From the IMG/VR virus record IMGVR_UViG_3300020147_000065, positions 1-64,000 of that record: a stretch of DNA of 64,000 nt, one strand, 5' to 3'. Made by a program: the position numbers and the translations under genes. Under the pieces are notes generated by a model. It was not told where the DNA came from, did no database searches, and saw only the letters and a program-made list of their open reading frames with translations. Below, piece after piece: positions 1 through 9,086 of the stretch (positions are counted from its first letter, which is position 1; the number at the start of each line of letters is the position of its first letter).

Positions 1-82
1 GTCTGGACGGACGACACTATTTTCTGCGATTGGTCGCGCGGTGACCCGTGGGACTAATTGCCCCCCCCCCCTCGGACAACAC

Positions 83-111
83 TTGACACGATAGGTAAAA
101 AACGATAAAAT
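83..111 (+). promoter_or_regulatory. sigma70-type promoter (near-leaderless) for ruvB-like gene
   Basis: TTGACA 83-88, 17 nt spacer, TAAAAT 106-111; ATG at 122. Confidence 0.8.
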
Positions 112-121
112 ATATATTGCT

Positions 122-1075
122 ATGATTTTCGACAAGATGATTGGACAAGAACAAGCCAAAGATTTACTCCAATTCTATCTTGAGGCGAAAGATAAACTTG
201 GTATTTTCCCTAATATGCTGATGTTGGCACCAAAGGGAACGGGAAAAACTTATTTAGCTGAGTTATTGGGCGAAGCCTTAGAAAAGCCCTTTATTAAAAT
301 CAATGCAGCTTCTATCAAATCTTTCGATTCACTTGTGCATAAAGTCTTTGAAAAGTTTGAAGGTGAGGAATACACCCTTTTCATTGATGAAATTCACAAA
401 TTAAAGAAAGGTTCTTCAACTATTGATGGGCTGCTGACTGTGCTTGACACGAAAAGTAGCCATGTAACAGAGTTGACGCATGAGGATAGAAAAATTATAT
501 TTGACTTCCGAAAGTTTACATTTCTTGCCTCAACGACAGAAAAACAGTTGGTGTTTGAGCCGTTCTTAGACAGATTGCAACATATAACTTTGGTCGCGTA
601 TTCTCCCGAAGAAATAGGGAAAATTATTCGCTTCCATACACCCGACTTGTTTCTTACTCAGGATGCGGTTGATTTTCTCTTGCCTTATTGTCGGGGTAAT
701 GCTCGGCAAGCATGGCACATCGCACAAAACCTGATTAAGTTTGCCGCAGTAAATGATTTAAAGACTGTGGACAAAGACGCAGCCGTTGCTTTTACGGACA
801 AACTGCATATGCTGGAATTTGGTGTTACATTAGAAGAGTTTAGAGTGTTAAGGCTTATTGCAGAAGAAACAAAAGGTGTTACACTAACAACCTTAACATC
901 TCGCACCGATTACACCAAAGGCTCACAGCAAGACATTGAAAAATTCTTGTTGCGTCTTGGTTTAATTACCAACGAAAACTCTTTGCGTAAGGTAACACAA
1001 AAGGGTAAAGACTACATCACAAGGAACTTAAAATATGCCACGCCCAAAAGGGGCAGTCAATCTGCCCAAAGTTGA
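122..1075 (+). CDS. ruvB: RuvB-like Holliday junction branch-migration AAA+ ATPase
   Basis: Walker A APKGTGKT, Walker B LFIDEIH, sensor FTFLASTT, PFLDRL (RuvB PLRDRF-like), CRGNARQA, C-terminal winged-helix-like region ending RKVTQKG. Confidence 0.85.
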   Translation: MIFDKMIGQEQAKDLLQFYLEAKDKLGIFPNMLMLAPKGTGKTYLAELLGEALEKPFIKINAASIKSFDSLVHKVFEKFEGEEYTLFIDEIHKLKKGSSTIDGLLTVLDTKSSHVTELTHEDRKIIFDFRKFTFLASTTEKQLVFEPFLDRLQHITLVAYSPEEIGKIIRFHTPDLFLTQDAVDFLLPYCRGNARQAWHIAQNLIKFAAVNDLKTVDKDAAVAFTDKLHMLEFGVTLEEFRVLRLIAEETKGVTLTTLTSRTDYTKGSQQDIEKFLLRLGLITNENSLRKVTQKGKDYITRNLKYATPKRGSQSAQS

Positions 1076-1295
1076 GTTTGTCCCATTGGAAGCCATTATG
1101 ATAGGTCGCACACCCGATGCACTTATCCCAGTGGATAGGGACTTTGCTAAAGCTGTCATGCTTGTTTACAACGCGACTAAAAACGGTCAAGATTTAACTG
1201 CTGACGTGCTTAATCAAATCGAAGAGGACGAAGAGGATAACGACCTCGCCGGAATGGAGATAAAGTATTTTGGAAAAAAGGGGGAAGAAACGTAA
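1035..1295 (+). CDS. hypothetical protein, acidic C-terminus
   Basis: 86 aa ORF overlapping the ruvB end; protein-like composition. Confidence 0.6.
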   Translation: MPRPKGAVNLPKVEFVPLEAIMIGRTPDALIPVDRDFAKAVMLVYNATKNGQDLTADVLNQIEEDEEDNDLAGMEIKYFGKKGEET

Positions 1296-1303
1296 TAAAA
1301 CCC

Positions 1304-1332
1304 TTTACAAACCTATCCCCACATGATATAAT
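1304..1332 (+). promoter_or_regulatory. sigma70-type promoter
   Basis: TTTACA-17-TATAAT. Confidence 0.75.
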
Positions 1333-1357
1333 TTAAAGGGATAAAGAAAGGAACAAT

Positions 1358-1483
1358 ATGATTGGATTGATACTCGCTTTTATTGGTTTTGTTTGGTGCC
1401 TGTCGTTGAATAAAGACTTCGTAGTTCCTACACCAGTTGGCGTAGTTATTGGATTCATTCTATTGTTACTGGGGTTACAATGA
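1358..1483 (+). CDS. small membrane protein (41 aa, missed by ORF track)
   Basis: AAGGA RBS; MIGLILAFIGFVWCLSLNKDFVVPTPVGVVIGFILLLLGLQ; ATGA overlap with next gene. Confidence 0.6.
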   Translation: MIGLILAFIGFVWCLSLNKDFVVPTPVGVVIGFILLLLGLQ

Positions 1484-1683
1484 GCATCACAGACGCTTTA
1501 GAAGCAATCCGTGAAGAGAACAAAGCGGCTCGGCCTGTATCTTGGAAAAGTAAAGGTCGGGCCGTAATCTTCATAGAACTTACACAGCAGTTTGAACTTT
1601 TTGGAGACACTAACTTTTCTGCTTCCGAATGGGACTTTCTGGCTCCGTGGGAAGTAATAGAACTTGATGAGGTTTTTGCATGA
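1480..1683 (+). CDS. hypothetical protein
   Basis: translationally coupled ORF. Confidence 0.6.
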   Translation: MSITDALEAIREENKAARPVSWKSKGRAVIFIELTQQFELFGDTNFSASEWDFLAPWEVIELDEVFA

Positions 1684-2348
1684 ACACACAAAAAGCACAA
1701 GAGGCCGTAAAGGACTTTGGCCCTAAAGAAGTCCAGCACTATATTCCTTACTGGGAAGCCATTACACCAAAGACAGACGAAGAAGTTTTTAGACGTTGGC
1801 TGTTCGCTTATCTTTCTATACATACCACATGGGAATCGAACGTGCGCGGATACGAAATGCTCAAAGATTTATCATGGTGGAACGATAAGCAGATGCTACT
1901 TGATAAGTTAATCCTTTCCAAGTGCGGTATGCAAAATGCCAGACAGAAATATATATGGCAATTCCGCGAACAATTTGAAAAGAATCCGTCCTATTATGGT
2001 AAGATTTCTGATTCGTGGATTAAGACAAGAAACAAGCTGACAGAAGAATGTCATGGTATCGGTATTACTAAGGTTTCATTTGTCTTGGAAATGTGCCACC
2101 CGTTAGATGCCCAAGTGGTTTGCCTTGATACTCATTTATTACAACTTTATGAGATTACAGGCACAAAAACCAAAGCACAGGTGCAAACCTATCACGACGC
2201 AGAAGAACATTGGTTGAACATGAGTAACGGAAAGGGTATCGCTCCATATATCCTGCGCTCGGCTTTTTGGGACAAGAAACAAGGGTATGAGGATAATGAC
2301 TATTGGGCGTATGTATTTACGCCCAATGGGAAACCAACCACGGGCTGA
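1680..2348 (+). CDS. HhH-GPD family DNA glycosylase (archaeal/Thermotoga Ogg-like)
   Basis: HhH motif GIGITKVSFVL with the catalytic-position Lys, followed by VVCLDTHLL (AILDRHIL-like Asp). Confidence 0.7.
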   Translation: MNTQKAQEAVKDFGPKEVQHYIPYWEAITPKTDEEVFRRWLFAYLSIHTTWESNVRGYEMLKDLSWWNDKQMLLDKLILSKCGMQNARQKYIWQFREQFEKNPSYYGKISDSWIKTRNKLTEECHGIGITKVSFVLEMCHPLDAQVVCLDTHLLQLYEITGTKTKAQVQTYHDAEEHWLNMSNGKGIAPYILRSAFWDKKQGYEDNDYWAYVFTPNGKPTTG

Positions 2349-2363
2349 AAGGTCTTAACTCTT

Positions 2364-2624
2364 ATGGAAATCTACAAGGTCGTTATGACAGTTCATTCGG
2401 ATGCTGCCGGTCAACACAACTTCGTGGTTAAAACCGCGCAAAGTGGAGACATTGCTGCATCCTTTTTTAATGAAGTATTACTCGACCCAGATTTACATAT
2501 AGATGACGACGAAAAGGCATCAGCCCTGTCAATCCTTGACCCGCAAGACCGTTATGTTATCTGGATAAATCTTAACGAGTTTAACGGTGAGCCTTTTCTG
2601 GTGTTAGGTGATTATAGAGCCTGA
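2364..2624 (+). CDS. hypothetical protein
   Basis: ORF in coupled run. Confidence 0.6.
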   Translation: MEIYKVVMTVHSDAAGQHNFVVKTAQSGDIAASFFNEVLLDPDLHIDDDEKASALSILDPQDRYVIWINLNEFNGEPFLVLGDYRA

Positions 2625-2806
2625 TGGACAACCGCACACTAACTTGTGATCAAGCCAGAGAACTTCAATTTCAGATTAGAGAGAATCTACGTTTCTACGA
2701 AGACACAGGTAATCTTGAATATCTTGAAAACGCATATCGGCACACCACGGAATTAAGGCTTCTGCTAGGTAATAGAGTTGCCGTCGAAAAGAGGAATTTA
2801 CAGTGA
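2624..2806 (+). CDS. hypothetical protein
   Basis: TGATG coupling. Confidence 0.55.
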   Translation: MDNRTLTCDQARELQFQIRENLRFYEDTGNLEYLENAYRHTTELRLLLGNRVAVEKRNLQ

Positions 2807-3051
2807 CCTTAATTATTGCTTTGTTTACAGTCGTGTTTGTCTTTCTATTTTTATATTTCCCTTTACTTTCATTCTATTCTCTTGTAATGTATGCTGGTTA
2901 TTACCACCTACAACTACATTTCTTCCCCCAGTGGCCGGAAATAGAATGGTTTACTTTCTTTTGGGTAATCATAATGATTTATATGACCGGCAGATTTATT
3001 GCAGCTATGTTTGGGAAGGAAAACGTGACGATCACTCGCTTTCTAAGGTAA
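2803..3051 (+). CDS. hydrophobic membrane protein
   Basis: two or three hydrophobic stretches; GTGA overlap. Confidence 0.6.
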   Translation: MTLIIALFTVVFVFLFLYFPLLSFYSLVMYAGYYHLQLHFFPQWPEIEWFTFFWVIIMIYMTGRFIAAMFGKENVTITRFLR

Positions 3052-3077
3052 AAGGACGCTCTTCGGGGCGTCCTTTT
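3051..3077 (+). terminator. intrinsic terminator
   Basis: AAAGGACGC / GCGTCCTTTT stem around a CTTCGG-containing loop. Confidence 0.8.
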
Positions 3078-3091
3078 CCTTGCCCCCCCCC

Positions 3092-3120
3092 TTGCTCACC
3101 TTCATTTTAATTGATATAAT
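3092..3120 (+). promoter_or_regulatory. sigma70-type leaderless promoter preceded by a C9 tract
   Basis: TTGCTC-17-TATAAT; ATG 6 nt after the -10. Confidence 0.7.
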
Positions 3121-3126
3121 CTAAGT

Positions 3127-3372
3127 ATGAAAATCAAATTCGAACAAACAACATTTGGTGAATTAAAAAGCGGAGATTGGTTTAGTTTATCCGCTCTAAT
3201 AAGAACTATCCCACAAGGTTTACCTACTATGGGTAATGTAAAACTTGCTAAAGAAGGTATTGCAGCAAAAGAGAGTGAGAGAATGGGGCCGTTTAATGTG
3301 GTTTCATTTGATGGCCGATTCAGGACTTTTCGAGACGATGAAAAGGTCTATAAATTGACTTTGGAGAAATAA
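3127..3372 (+). CDS. hypothetical protein
   Basis: ORF directly behind promoter. Confidence 0.65.
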   Translation: MKIKFEQTTFGELKSGDWFSLSALIRTIPQGLPTMGNVKLAKEGIAAKESERMGPFNVVSFDGRFRTFRDDEKVYKLTLEK

Positions 3373-3809
3373 TGTATCCACATAATACTCTAACTAAAAT
3401 TCCTAAACCCGAACCACCCGATTACGAAAAGAGCACAGGTCAGCTTGGTGGTAAACTCGAAGAATTTAATCCTATTCATCGCCGCTTTCCAGGCCCATAT
3501 AAACGTAAGGTAGAGTTTAGTGCTCTACGTTTTCCAGGTTATCCACACTACCACGTTAAACTCAAAGAGGAACACAATACTGTTTTTAGTGTAGATGATG
3601 CAGGGAATCGTTATTGGGTAAATCCGTGGAATGACCCCGAAGGCGAGGGTAAAATCTTTCAGTGGAAAAAGACGGCTTCTTTGCGTCGTGCTCACTTTTG
3701 GGCAAAGCTCAAATTCGCAAAAGAGTTCGACCCTGAGACTCACGAACTCGTTTTTGAAGATAGAGCTTTACAGGCTCGTGTAAACAGACTATTAAGACAA
3801 GGCGATTAA
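3372..3809 (+). CDS. hypothetical protein
   Basis: TAATG coupling, 145 aa. Confidence 0.65.
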   Translation: MYPHNTLTKIPKPEPPDYEKSTGQLGGKLEEFNPIHRRFPGPYKRKVEFSALRFPGYPHYHVKLKEEHNTVFSVDDAGNRYWVNPWNDPEGEGKIFQWKKTASLRRAHFWAKLKFAKEFDPETHELVFEDRALQARVNRLLRQGD

Positions 3810-3825
3810 TAGTCTGCCCCCCCCC

Positions 3826-3854
3826 TTGCGCACCAACCTCGACTACGATATAAT
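3826..3854 (+). promoter_or_regulatory. sigma70-type leaderless promoter preceded by a C9 tract
   Basis: TTGCGC-17-TATAAT; ATG at 3862. Confidence 0.7.
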
Positions 3855-3861
3855 TTATTCC

Positions 3862-4416
3862 ATGAGCGAACAAAAGACCACTAACTTTAAGGCCGGTGAG
3901 GACGTAATTGTTTACAGCGATTTCCTCAACCAAAGGCGACCACTGGGAAAAGCCATGCTCGACGAGCGTTTAGGCGATTACCCCACAAAGAACCAATGGG
4001 CACTCGCACAGTGGCGAGTGCGATTCTATGACGAACGCGGCAACTTGGAAACAGACGACGATAAAAAGCCTGTCTTTTCTACCATGCCGATTCTTGAAGT
4101 TGGCAAGCCAAACGAGAATCGCCCACAATCTGAGGACTATTCGCAATATGGAGCGAAGCCCGAAGCTGACGAAACTGGCGAAGTTGTTGAAAAGAAAAAG
4201 CCGGAGAAGAAAGCAGCCCCATCAACCGGCAGTCGTGGACGTGGACGCCCCGAAGTCCCAATGAATGAAATCAAGGCCCGTAACATTGTGCGACAACTCA
4301 AAGATAAAAAGCGCGATGGGCGACTTGATGAAGCTGTGGACTACCTTTTAAATGAGTGTCCAAAGGCCGCAAAATTCGTAGAAAAATACCTTGAATACCT
4401 TGACGGCAGCTTCTAA
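3862..4416 (+). CDS. hypothetical protein with AT-hook-like RGRGRP motif
   Basis: start moved to ATG 3862 behind the promoter; Lys/Glu-rich linker. Confidence 0.65.
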   Translation: MSEQKTTNFKAGEDVIVYSDFLNQRRPLGKAMLDERLGDYPTKNQWALAQWRVRFYDERGNLETDDDKKPVFSTMPILEVGKPNENRPQSEDYSQYGAKPEADETGEVVEKKKPEKKAAPSTGSRGRGRPEVPMNEIKARNIVRQLKDKKRDGRLDEAVDYLLNECPKAAKFVEKYLEYLDGSF

Positions 4417-4428
4417 TCTTGGTATAAT
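4400..4428 (+). promoter_or_regulatory. sigma70-type promoter for rIIA
   Basis: TTGACG-17-TATAAT; AGGAG RBS before ATG 4465. Confidence 0.85.
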
Positions 4429-4464
4429 TTAATTGTCACATTGAAAGGAATTTAGGAGAAAACA

Positions 4465-6636
4465 ATGAGTATTCCCATCGCTGAAAAAGAGATTGTTGTG
4501 CTGTCCAACATGGACTTTGAGAGTGCCGAAATGGGCATTGCAGAAGAAGATGTGCCGACTATCATCGCTATTCTGCGCGACAAACTTTATCGCAACAAAG
4601 AACGTGCAATCGTGCGCGAATATAGCACCAATGCGCGGGACGCAATGATTGAGTGCGATAATGGTAGTAATCCGTTTGAGGTTTGGCTACCCACGCGGTT
4701 AGACCCTGTTTTCAAAGTGCGCGACTATGGCACAGGTTTATCGGAAACTGCAATTAACCAAATCTTTCGTTTCTTGGGTAAGTCCACGAAGCGCGACAGC
4801 AATTTGGTAAACGGTCAGCTTGGCATCGGTGCGAAGTCCGGTCTTGCTCTTGCGAACCAGTTTAACGTAACGTCCTATGTGGATGGACAAGTGACCTTTT
4901 ACGTTGTTTTGAATGACCCATCGCGCAAAGGTCGCATTGATAAAATTGCAGGGCCATTACCTACTGATGAACCTAACGGCGTTTTAATCGAAGTGCCTAT
5001 CCCTGCTGCCAGCATCGAAAAAATGCACCAAGAGGCTTCGTTTGTTTACAAGTATTTCGATTTGAAACCAACGATTCACGGTTTAGACGAAAGCAAATAT
5101 CCTTTAACCCGTCCTAAACCAGTGTTGGAAGGTAAGACTTGGCGAATTGTGGGCGGCGAATCGGTTGCCATTATGGGCAACGTGGCCTATCCTATCGGTT
5201 CTGACTTCATCGTGCCGGAAGTTCACGGTGAAGAAGGCGAAAAGTGGAAGCAGTTTTTGAGTGCCGGTGTTGAGATTGACTTTCCTATCGGCTCAATCGA
5301 ATTTGCCCCATCCCGCGAAGAACTGAGCTACAACGAACATACTATCAATGTTTTAATTGATACAATCAAGTCGGCTATCAAGGAAGCTGCCGACCTGATT
5401 ACTGACAAACTGAAAAACGCGCCTAACCGTTGGGAAGCCATGTGTTTAGTTTCAGCGTTGCAAGGTGAGTTAGGTGAGTTTGGCCGTAATCTCAAATCTG
5501 TTATTGGTAAAATCCAGTGGCAAGGAAAAGAGGTAGGCAATACAATTCACGTTGGCTATAATCACAATGCCGCAACTTCGGGTTGGATGGTGCGCGAGTA
5601 TCAGAACAACACCTATACAAACCGTTTCTCTCACACCGGCAATCCTTCAAGCCTTTATGCTTCGCATAAAACACTCTTGATTGAGATTGACGATAAGAAC
5701 GGCAAAGCGCAACCGGCGAAGATGAAGTATTACTGTGAGCAGAACGGCTATGAGCGTGTATATTTGCTCTCTTTCACTTCGGCAACTGCGCGGCAACTGT
5801 TTTATAAGTCGCACTTAGAAGATATTCCTGTAATGATGCAAACGGCTTTGCCGAAAGCGCCGCCATCAAGCAGTGGTTCGGGTGGAAGCGGCCCCGTAAA
5901 CCCAAAGCATAGCTTACAGGTATTCACTTTCAACTATTCGACAAGTAGCACCGCAAGCGAATCATGGGAGCAGGAAACCGTTGATGCTGTGAACGGTAAA
6001 GGCTACTACGTTGTTATTGACCGTTTCAACGTGCAAAAGGAACACGGCACCGAACTTTACCCTAAAGACTACCTTGATACTTTGGAGTTCGCACACAAGT
6101 TGCTCGGCTTCAACTGGAAAAAGGAAACCATTATTGGTGTCAAGCGCAGTTTCTTTGACAATAAGAAACTGGGTAAGAACTGGAAACCGTTGTTTGAATA
6201 TCTGCGCGATGCTGCTAAAAAGGTGCTGGAAAAGCAAAAGCAGTTTCAGGTGGCTATTGACTACTCAGAATATATGACGCATAGGGCACAGACGTTTGAG
6301 TGCTTTCAAAAAGAGTTAGTCAATCTACAATATCCTGATGAAGCGATGGGCACTTATTTGGCCGCAGCACAAGAGGCGTATTTCCGCCACGATAAAGTGA
6401 CGAAGGGCAAGTTAAACGAGGCCAAAACCCTGTTTGATAAAATCGGCTACCCGCTTCACTACACTTACACGCCGACTTATTTGTTTTCTGACGGTGCCGA
6501 AAAGATTACAGAAAGTTACCCGCTTATGGGCGTAGTCGGAACGGGTTATTACTCGCATGGCTACGCTCAAAACGTGGAGAAGTTTATCCACTATATCAAC
6601 TTGTGCGATGCCGAAACGGTGTCCAAACGTCTGTAA
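4465..6636 (+). CDS. rIIA: rIIA-like protein with N-terminal GHKL (Hsp90-like) ATPase domain
   Basis: LYRNKERAIVREYSTNARDA, VRDYGTGLS, GQLGIGAKS motifs; 723 aa; directly followed by rIIB. Confidence 0.85.
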   Translation: MSIPIAEKEIVVLSNMDFESAEMGIAEEDVPTIIAILRDKLYRNKERAIVREYSTNARDAMIECDNGSNPFEVWLPTRLDPVFKVRDYGTGLSETAINQIFRFLGKSTKRDSNLVNGQLGIGAKSGLALANQFNVTSYVDGQVTFYVVLNDPSRKGRIDKIAGPLPTDEPNGVLIEVPIPAASIEKMHQEASFVYKYFDLKPTIHGLDESKYPLTRPKPVLEGKTWRIVGGESVAIMGNVAYPIGSDFIVPEVHGEEGEKWKQFLSAGVEIDFPIGSIEFAPSREELSYNEHTINVLIDTIKSAIKEAADLITDKLKNAPNRWEAMCLVSALQGELGEFGRNLKSVIGKIQWQGKEVGNTIHVGYNHNAATSGWMVREYQNNTYTNRFSHTGNPSSLYASHKTLLIEIDDKNGKAQPAKMKYYCEQNGYERVYLLSFTSATARQLFYKSHLEDIPVMMQTALPKAPPSSSGSGGSGPVNPKHSLQVFTFNYSTSSTASESWEQETVDAVNGKGYYVVIDRFNVQKEHGTELYPKDYLDTLEFAHKLLGFNWKKETIIGVKRSFFDNKKLGKNWKPLFEYLRDAAKKVLEKQKQFQVAIDYSEYMTHRAQTFECFQKELVNLQYPDEAMGTYLAAAQEAYFRHDKVTKGKLNEAKTLFDKIGYPLHYTYTPTYLFSDGAEKITESYPLMGVVGTGYYSHGYAQNVEKFIHYINLCDAETVSKRL

Positions 6637-6644
6637 TTAGTAGA

Positions 6645-6682
6645 GGGCTACCCTTGACAGGGTAGCCCGAAACTGGTATAAT
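6645..6682 (+). promoter_or_regulatory. sigma70 promoter with the -35 hexamer as loop of a 9-bp inverted repeat
   Basis: GGGCTACCC-TTGACA-GGGTAGCCC, TATAAT at 6677-6682 (17 nt spacer). Confidence 0.85.
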
Positions 6683-6700
6683 TTCAGTTAGGAGAAAACA

Positions 6701-7579
6701 ATGGAACAATTACCTTGCATCTATTCACCGGATAAATCCGCAACCGTGTTTTTGGGCAGCAAAGCTGTAACGGTTGTGGCCGGACAACCGCACTTCCGCG
6801 AAGTGCAGGACGCGATTATCGCGCAGGACTGGGAAGCTGTAGCCCGTTTGGTGGACGTTATCACTTCGATTAAAGCCTATTTAGTTAAAGACGGCGATTT
6901 CGAGATTTCCCGCGAAGAAATAAAATACCGCAACGAACCTGTTAAGGGTGTTATCGCTGACCGTATTTTGAGCTTCATGGAAAAGGGTTATCCTTCGGCT
7001 CCGCTTATCGAATTTCTGCGTAATTTAATGAGCAATCCGTCTTTCAACTCGCGTAATCAGCTTTACACGTTCTTAGAGCGTTGGAATCTGCCTATTACAC
7101 CAAACGGCAACTTCTTGGCTTACAAAGCCGTTCGCAATGACTACATGAGCATTGCTTCTGACCGCAATACCGGCGAACACGTTGATAACTCGATTGGTCG
7201 CGTCGTAGTTATGGACAGGGCAAAGATTGACGATAACCCGAAAAATCACTGCTCTGCCGGTTTACACGCCGGAGCCTTACAATACGTCCGTTGGTATGGT
7301 GGCATTTCTCACGGTGGAGCGATTGAAGGCGGAAACCGCGCAATCATCGTAGAGATTAACCCTGCTGACGTGGTTAGCGTTCCTAACGACCATGACTGCC
7401 AAAAGATGCGCGTCTGCAAGTATAAGGTGATTGGTGACTACATTGGCGAATTGCCTACCGATTACACCGACGCTGCCGTTTATGACGGTTATGAGGACGG
7501 TGACGAGGGCGACAGCTACGACGAGGACGATTATTGTCCTGATTGTGGCGAACCTTACGAAATCTGCAACTGTGACTAA
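6701..7579 (+). CDS. rIIB: rIIB-like protein
   Basis: PITPNGNFLAYKAVRNDY, CSAGLHAG, INPADVVSVPND, KMRVCKYKV are typical rIIB motifs. Confidence 0.9.
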   Translation: MEQLPCIYSPDKSATVFLGSKAVTVVAGQPHFREVQDAIIAQDWEAVARLVDVITSIKAYLVKDGDFEISREEIKYRNEPVKGVIADRILSFMEKGYPSAPLIEFLRNLMSNPSFNSRNQLYTFLERWNLPITPNGNFLAYKAVRNDYMSIASDRNTGEHVDNSIGRVVVMDRAKIDDNPKNHCSAGLHAGALQYVRWYGGISHGGAIEGGNRAIIVEINPADVVSVPNDHDCQKMRVCKYKVIGDYIGELPTDYTDAAVYDGYEDGDEGDSYDEDDYCPDCGEPYEICNCD

Positions 7580-7600
7580 ATTCCTGTGTGACAAGAAACT

Positions 7601-7625
7601 GGGGAGCCTTCGGGCTTCCCTTTTT
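7601..7625 (+). terminator. intrinsic terminator
   Basis: GGGGAGCC-TTCG-GGCTTCCC followed by T5. Confidence 0.85.
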
Positions 7626-7778
7626 CTGCGCACGAGGGGGGGGGCAGACAGGAAAATGCAAACACACCACAATACTCTAAATAAACTACCCCACATTACT
7701 TTTTCAACTATTTAGCCCCAAAACATTGGAAGATGACGTTGCCGGGTAAACCGGACAAAAATAAAAAAGAGAAATACG

Positions 7779-8246
7779 ATGGCGAGACAACTATATCTGG
7801 TCTGTGACCAATGCAAACGAAAGAGCCTGGAATTTCAAGCGATCAACTGGATCGAGACGCGTTTAGCGGGGATTAATGCTATTACCACTGATATGGCACC
7901 CGTGGATGGTTTGTTCTGTAGTAGTGATTGTGTTGTGCGTTATTTTATCGCCAACCACGGGGCTAAGGCTACGAACCCATTCGATGACGAAGACGGTATC
8001 ACAGAAGTTGAAAAGGAAAAGGCCGCTACGCGTGAGGCTGCGCGGCCTAACCCTGTATTCGGCCCATTATTAAAGGTTGAGCATGGGGTAGCTTCTACTT
8101 CTGATGTTCCTCCCGAACTACAGAAGCGTTACAATGCTGACGGTACCCCAGCCGAAACAGGAGCAGGTTATGCTTTCCCATCCGGTGGTAAGCCAACGGG
8201 CGCTAACCTCGATAAACAACTCAATCCAAAGGACTGGTTAGAATGA
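7779..8246 (+). CDS. hypothetical protein with CxxC...FCSxxC zinc-binding motif
   Basis: CDQC and FCSSDC. Confidence 0.65.
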   Translation: MARQLYLVCDQCKRKSLEFQAINWIETRLAGINAITTDMAPVDGLFCSSDCVVRYFIANHGAKATNPFDDEDGITEVEKEKAATREAARPNPVFGPLLKVEHGVASTSDVPPELQKRYNADGTPAETGAGYAFPSGGKPTGANLDKQLNPKDWLE

Positions 8247-8449
8247 GTGAGCTAAGCGAATCCGCGCAATATAAATTGGGCCGGCATCATGCTTTAATTA
8301 AATCGGCCCCACGTTCTGCTAACAAAAGTTACATGGAGGGCTACAATAGTGTCCCTGTTTACGTAGCCCCACCATTCAAACCCAAACCAATTGAACCAGA
8401 CAAAGACGGGGAGTACCCCGGACTATTTAGCCACTGGCTGGAGGATTAA
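8243..8449 (+). CDS. hypothetical protein
   Basis: coupled ORF; resembles 8901..9086. Confidence 0.6.
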   Translation: MSELSESAQYKLGRHHALIKSAPRSANKSYMEGYNSVPVYVAPPFKPKPIEPDKDGEYPGLFSHWLED

Positions 8450-8886
8450 TGAACGAAGATACATATCCATTGAGAGCTAAGATTATTGATACGTTTCATG
8501 GAGCTAATGGAACAATCCACGGGAATGGACAACATCAGGTAACCCGTGACGACATGTATGCCCGGTTAAAAGAGCGGGGCTTTACTATTTACACGGTCCG
8601 CGGTTTCATGCCGCGGACCTACGAGGTAGGCGGAACAACGGATGAAGTAACTGCGAATGTTGCCATCAAGGGAAACCTTGAGAAACAATATTTTACAGTA
8701 AACGAAGCCAGAGAATTCCAGGCATTCGTGGCCAGTAACTATCCGCCCTACGTCTACTTCAACGATGATGGTCCCTGGACAAAATACCCATCGAGTGATA
8801 CAAAGGGAGTCAACCCCTGGCACAAACAGTATGTACCGGTCACTTATATGGAAGAAGGCGTGGCCGGGGAAACCGGTCAGAAATAA
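8449..8886 (+). CDS. hypothetical protein
   Basis: TAATG coupling. Confidence 0.65.
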   Translation: MNEDTYPLRAKIIDTFHGANGTIHGNGQHQVTRDDMYARLKERGFTIYTVRGFMPRTYEVGGTTDEVTANVAIKGNLEKQYFTVNEAREFQAFVASNYPPYVYFNDDGPWTKYPSSDTKGVNPWHKQYVPVTYMEEGVAGETGQK

Positions 8887-8900
8887 AAAGGAAAGATACA

Positions 8901-9086
8901 ATGGGTGAAAGTAAAGACAGAGAGAACAAAGCAATTGATTCAGGTCGTTATGATGCTTTACAGGGTTTTATGACACCACGCAACACTGATCCCGAATACC
9001 TCAAGGGATTTCGAGAGATTCGTGATGGAGCTACAACAGCCGGAGAAGCTTTAAAGAAAGAGAGACAATCTAATGGGACAATTTGA
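8901..9086 (+). CDS. hypothetical protein
   Basis: AAGGA RBS; resembles 8243..8449. Confidence 0.6.
   Translation: MGESKDRENKAIDSGRYDALQGFMTPRNTDPEYLKGFREIRDGATTAGEALKKERQSNGTI

Noticed and set aside
2345-7898. Motif-free gap over rIIA/rIIB as evidence of recent acquisition
   Set aside because: Similar 5-6 kb gaps occur at 27.4-32.7 kb and 55.6-61.4 kb, and about one such gap is expected by chance at this density.
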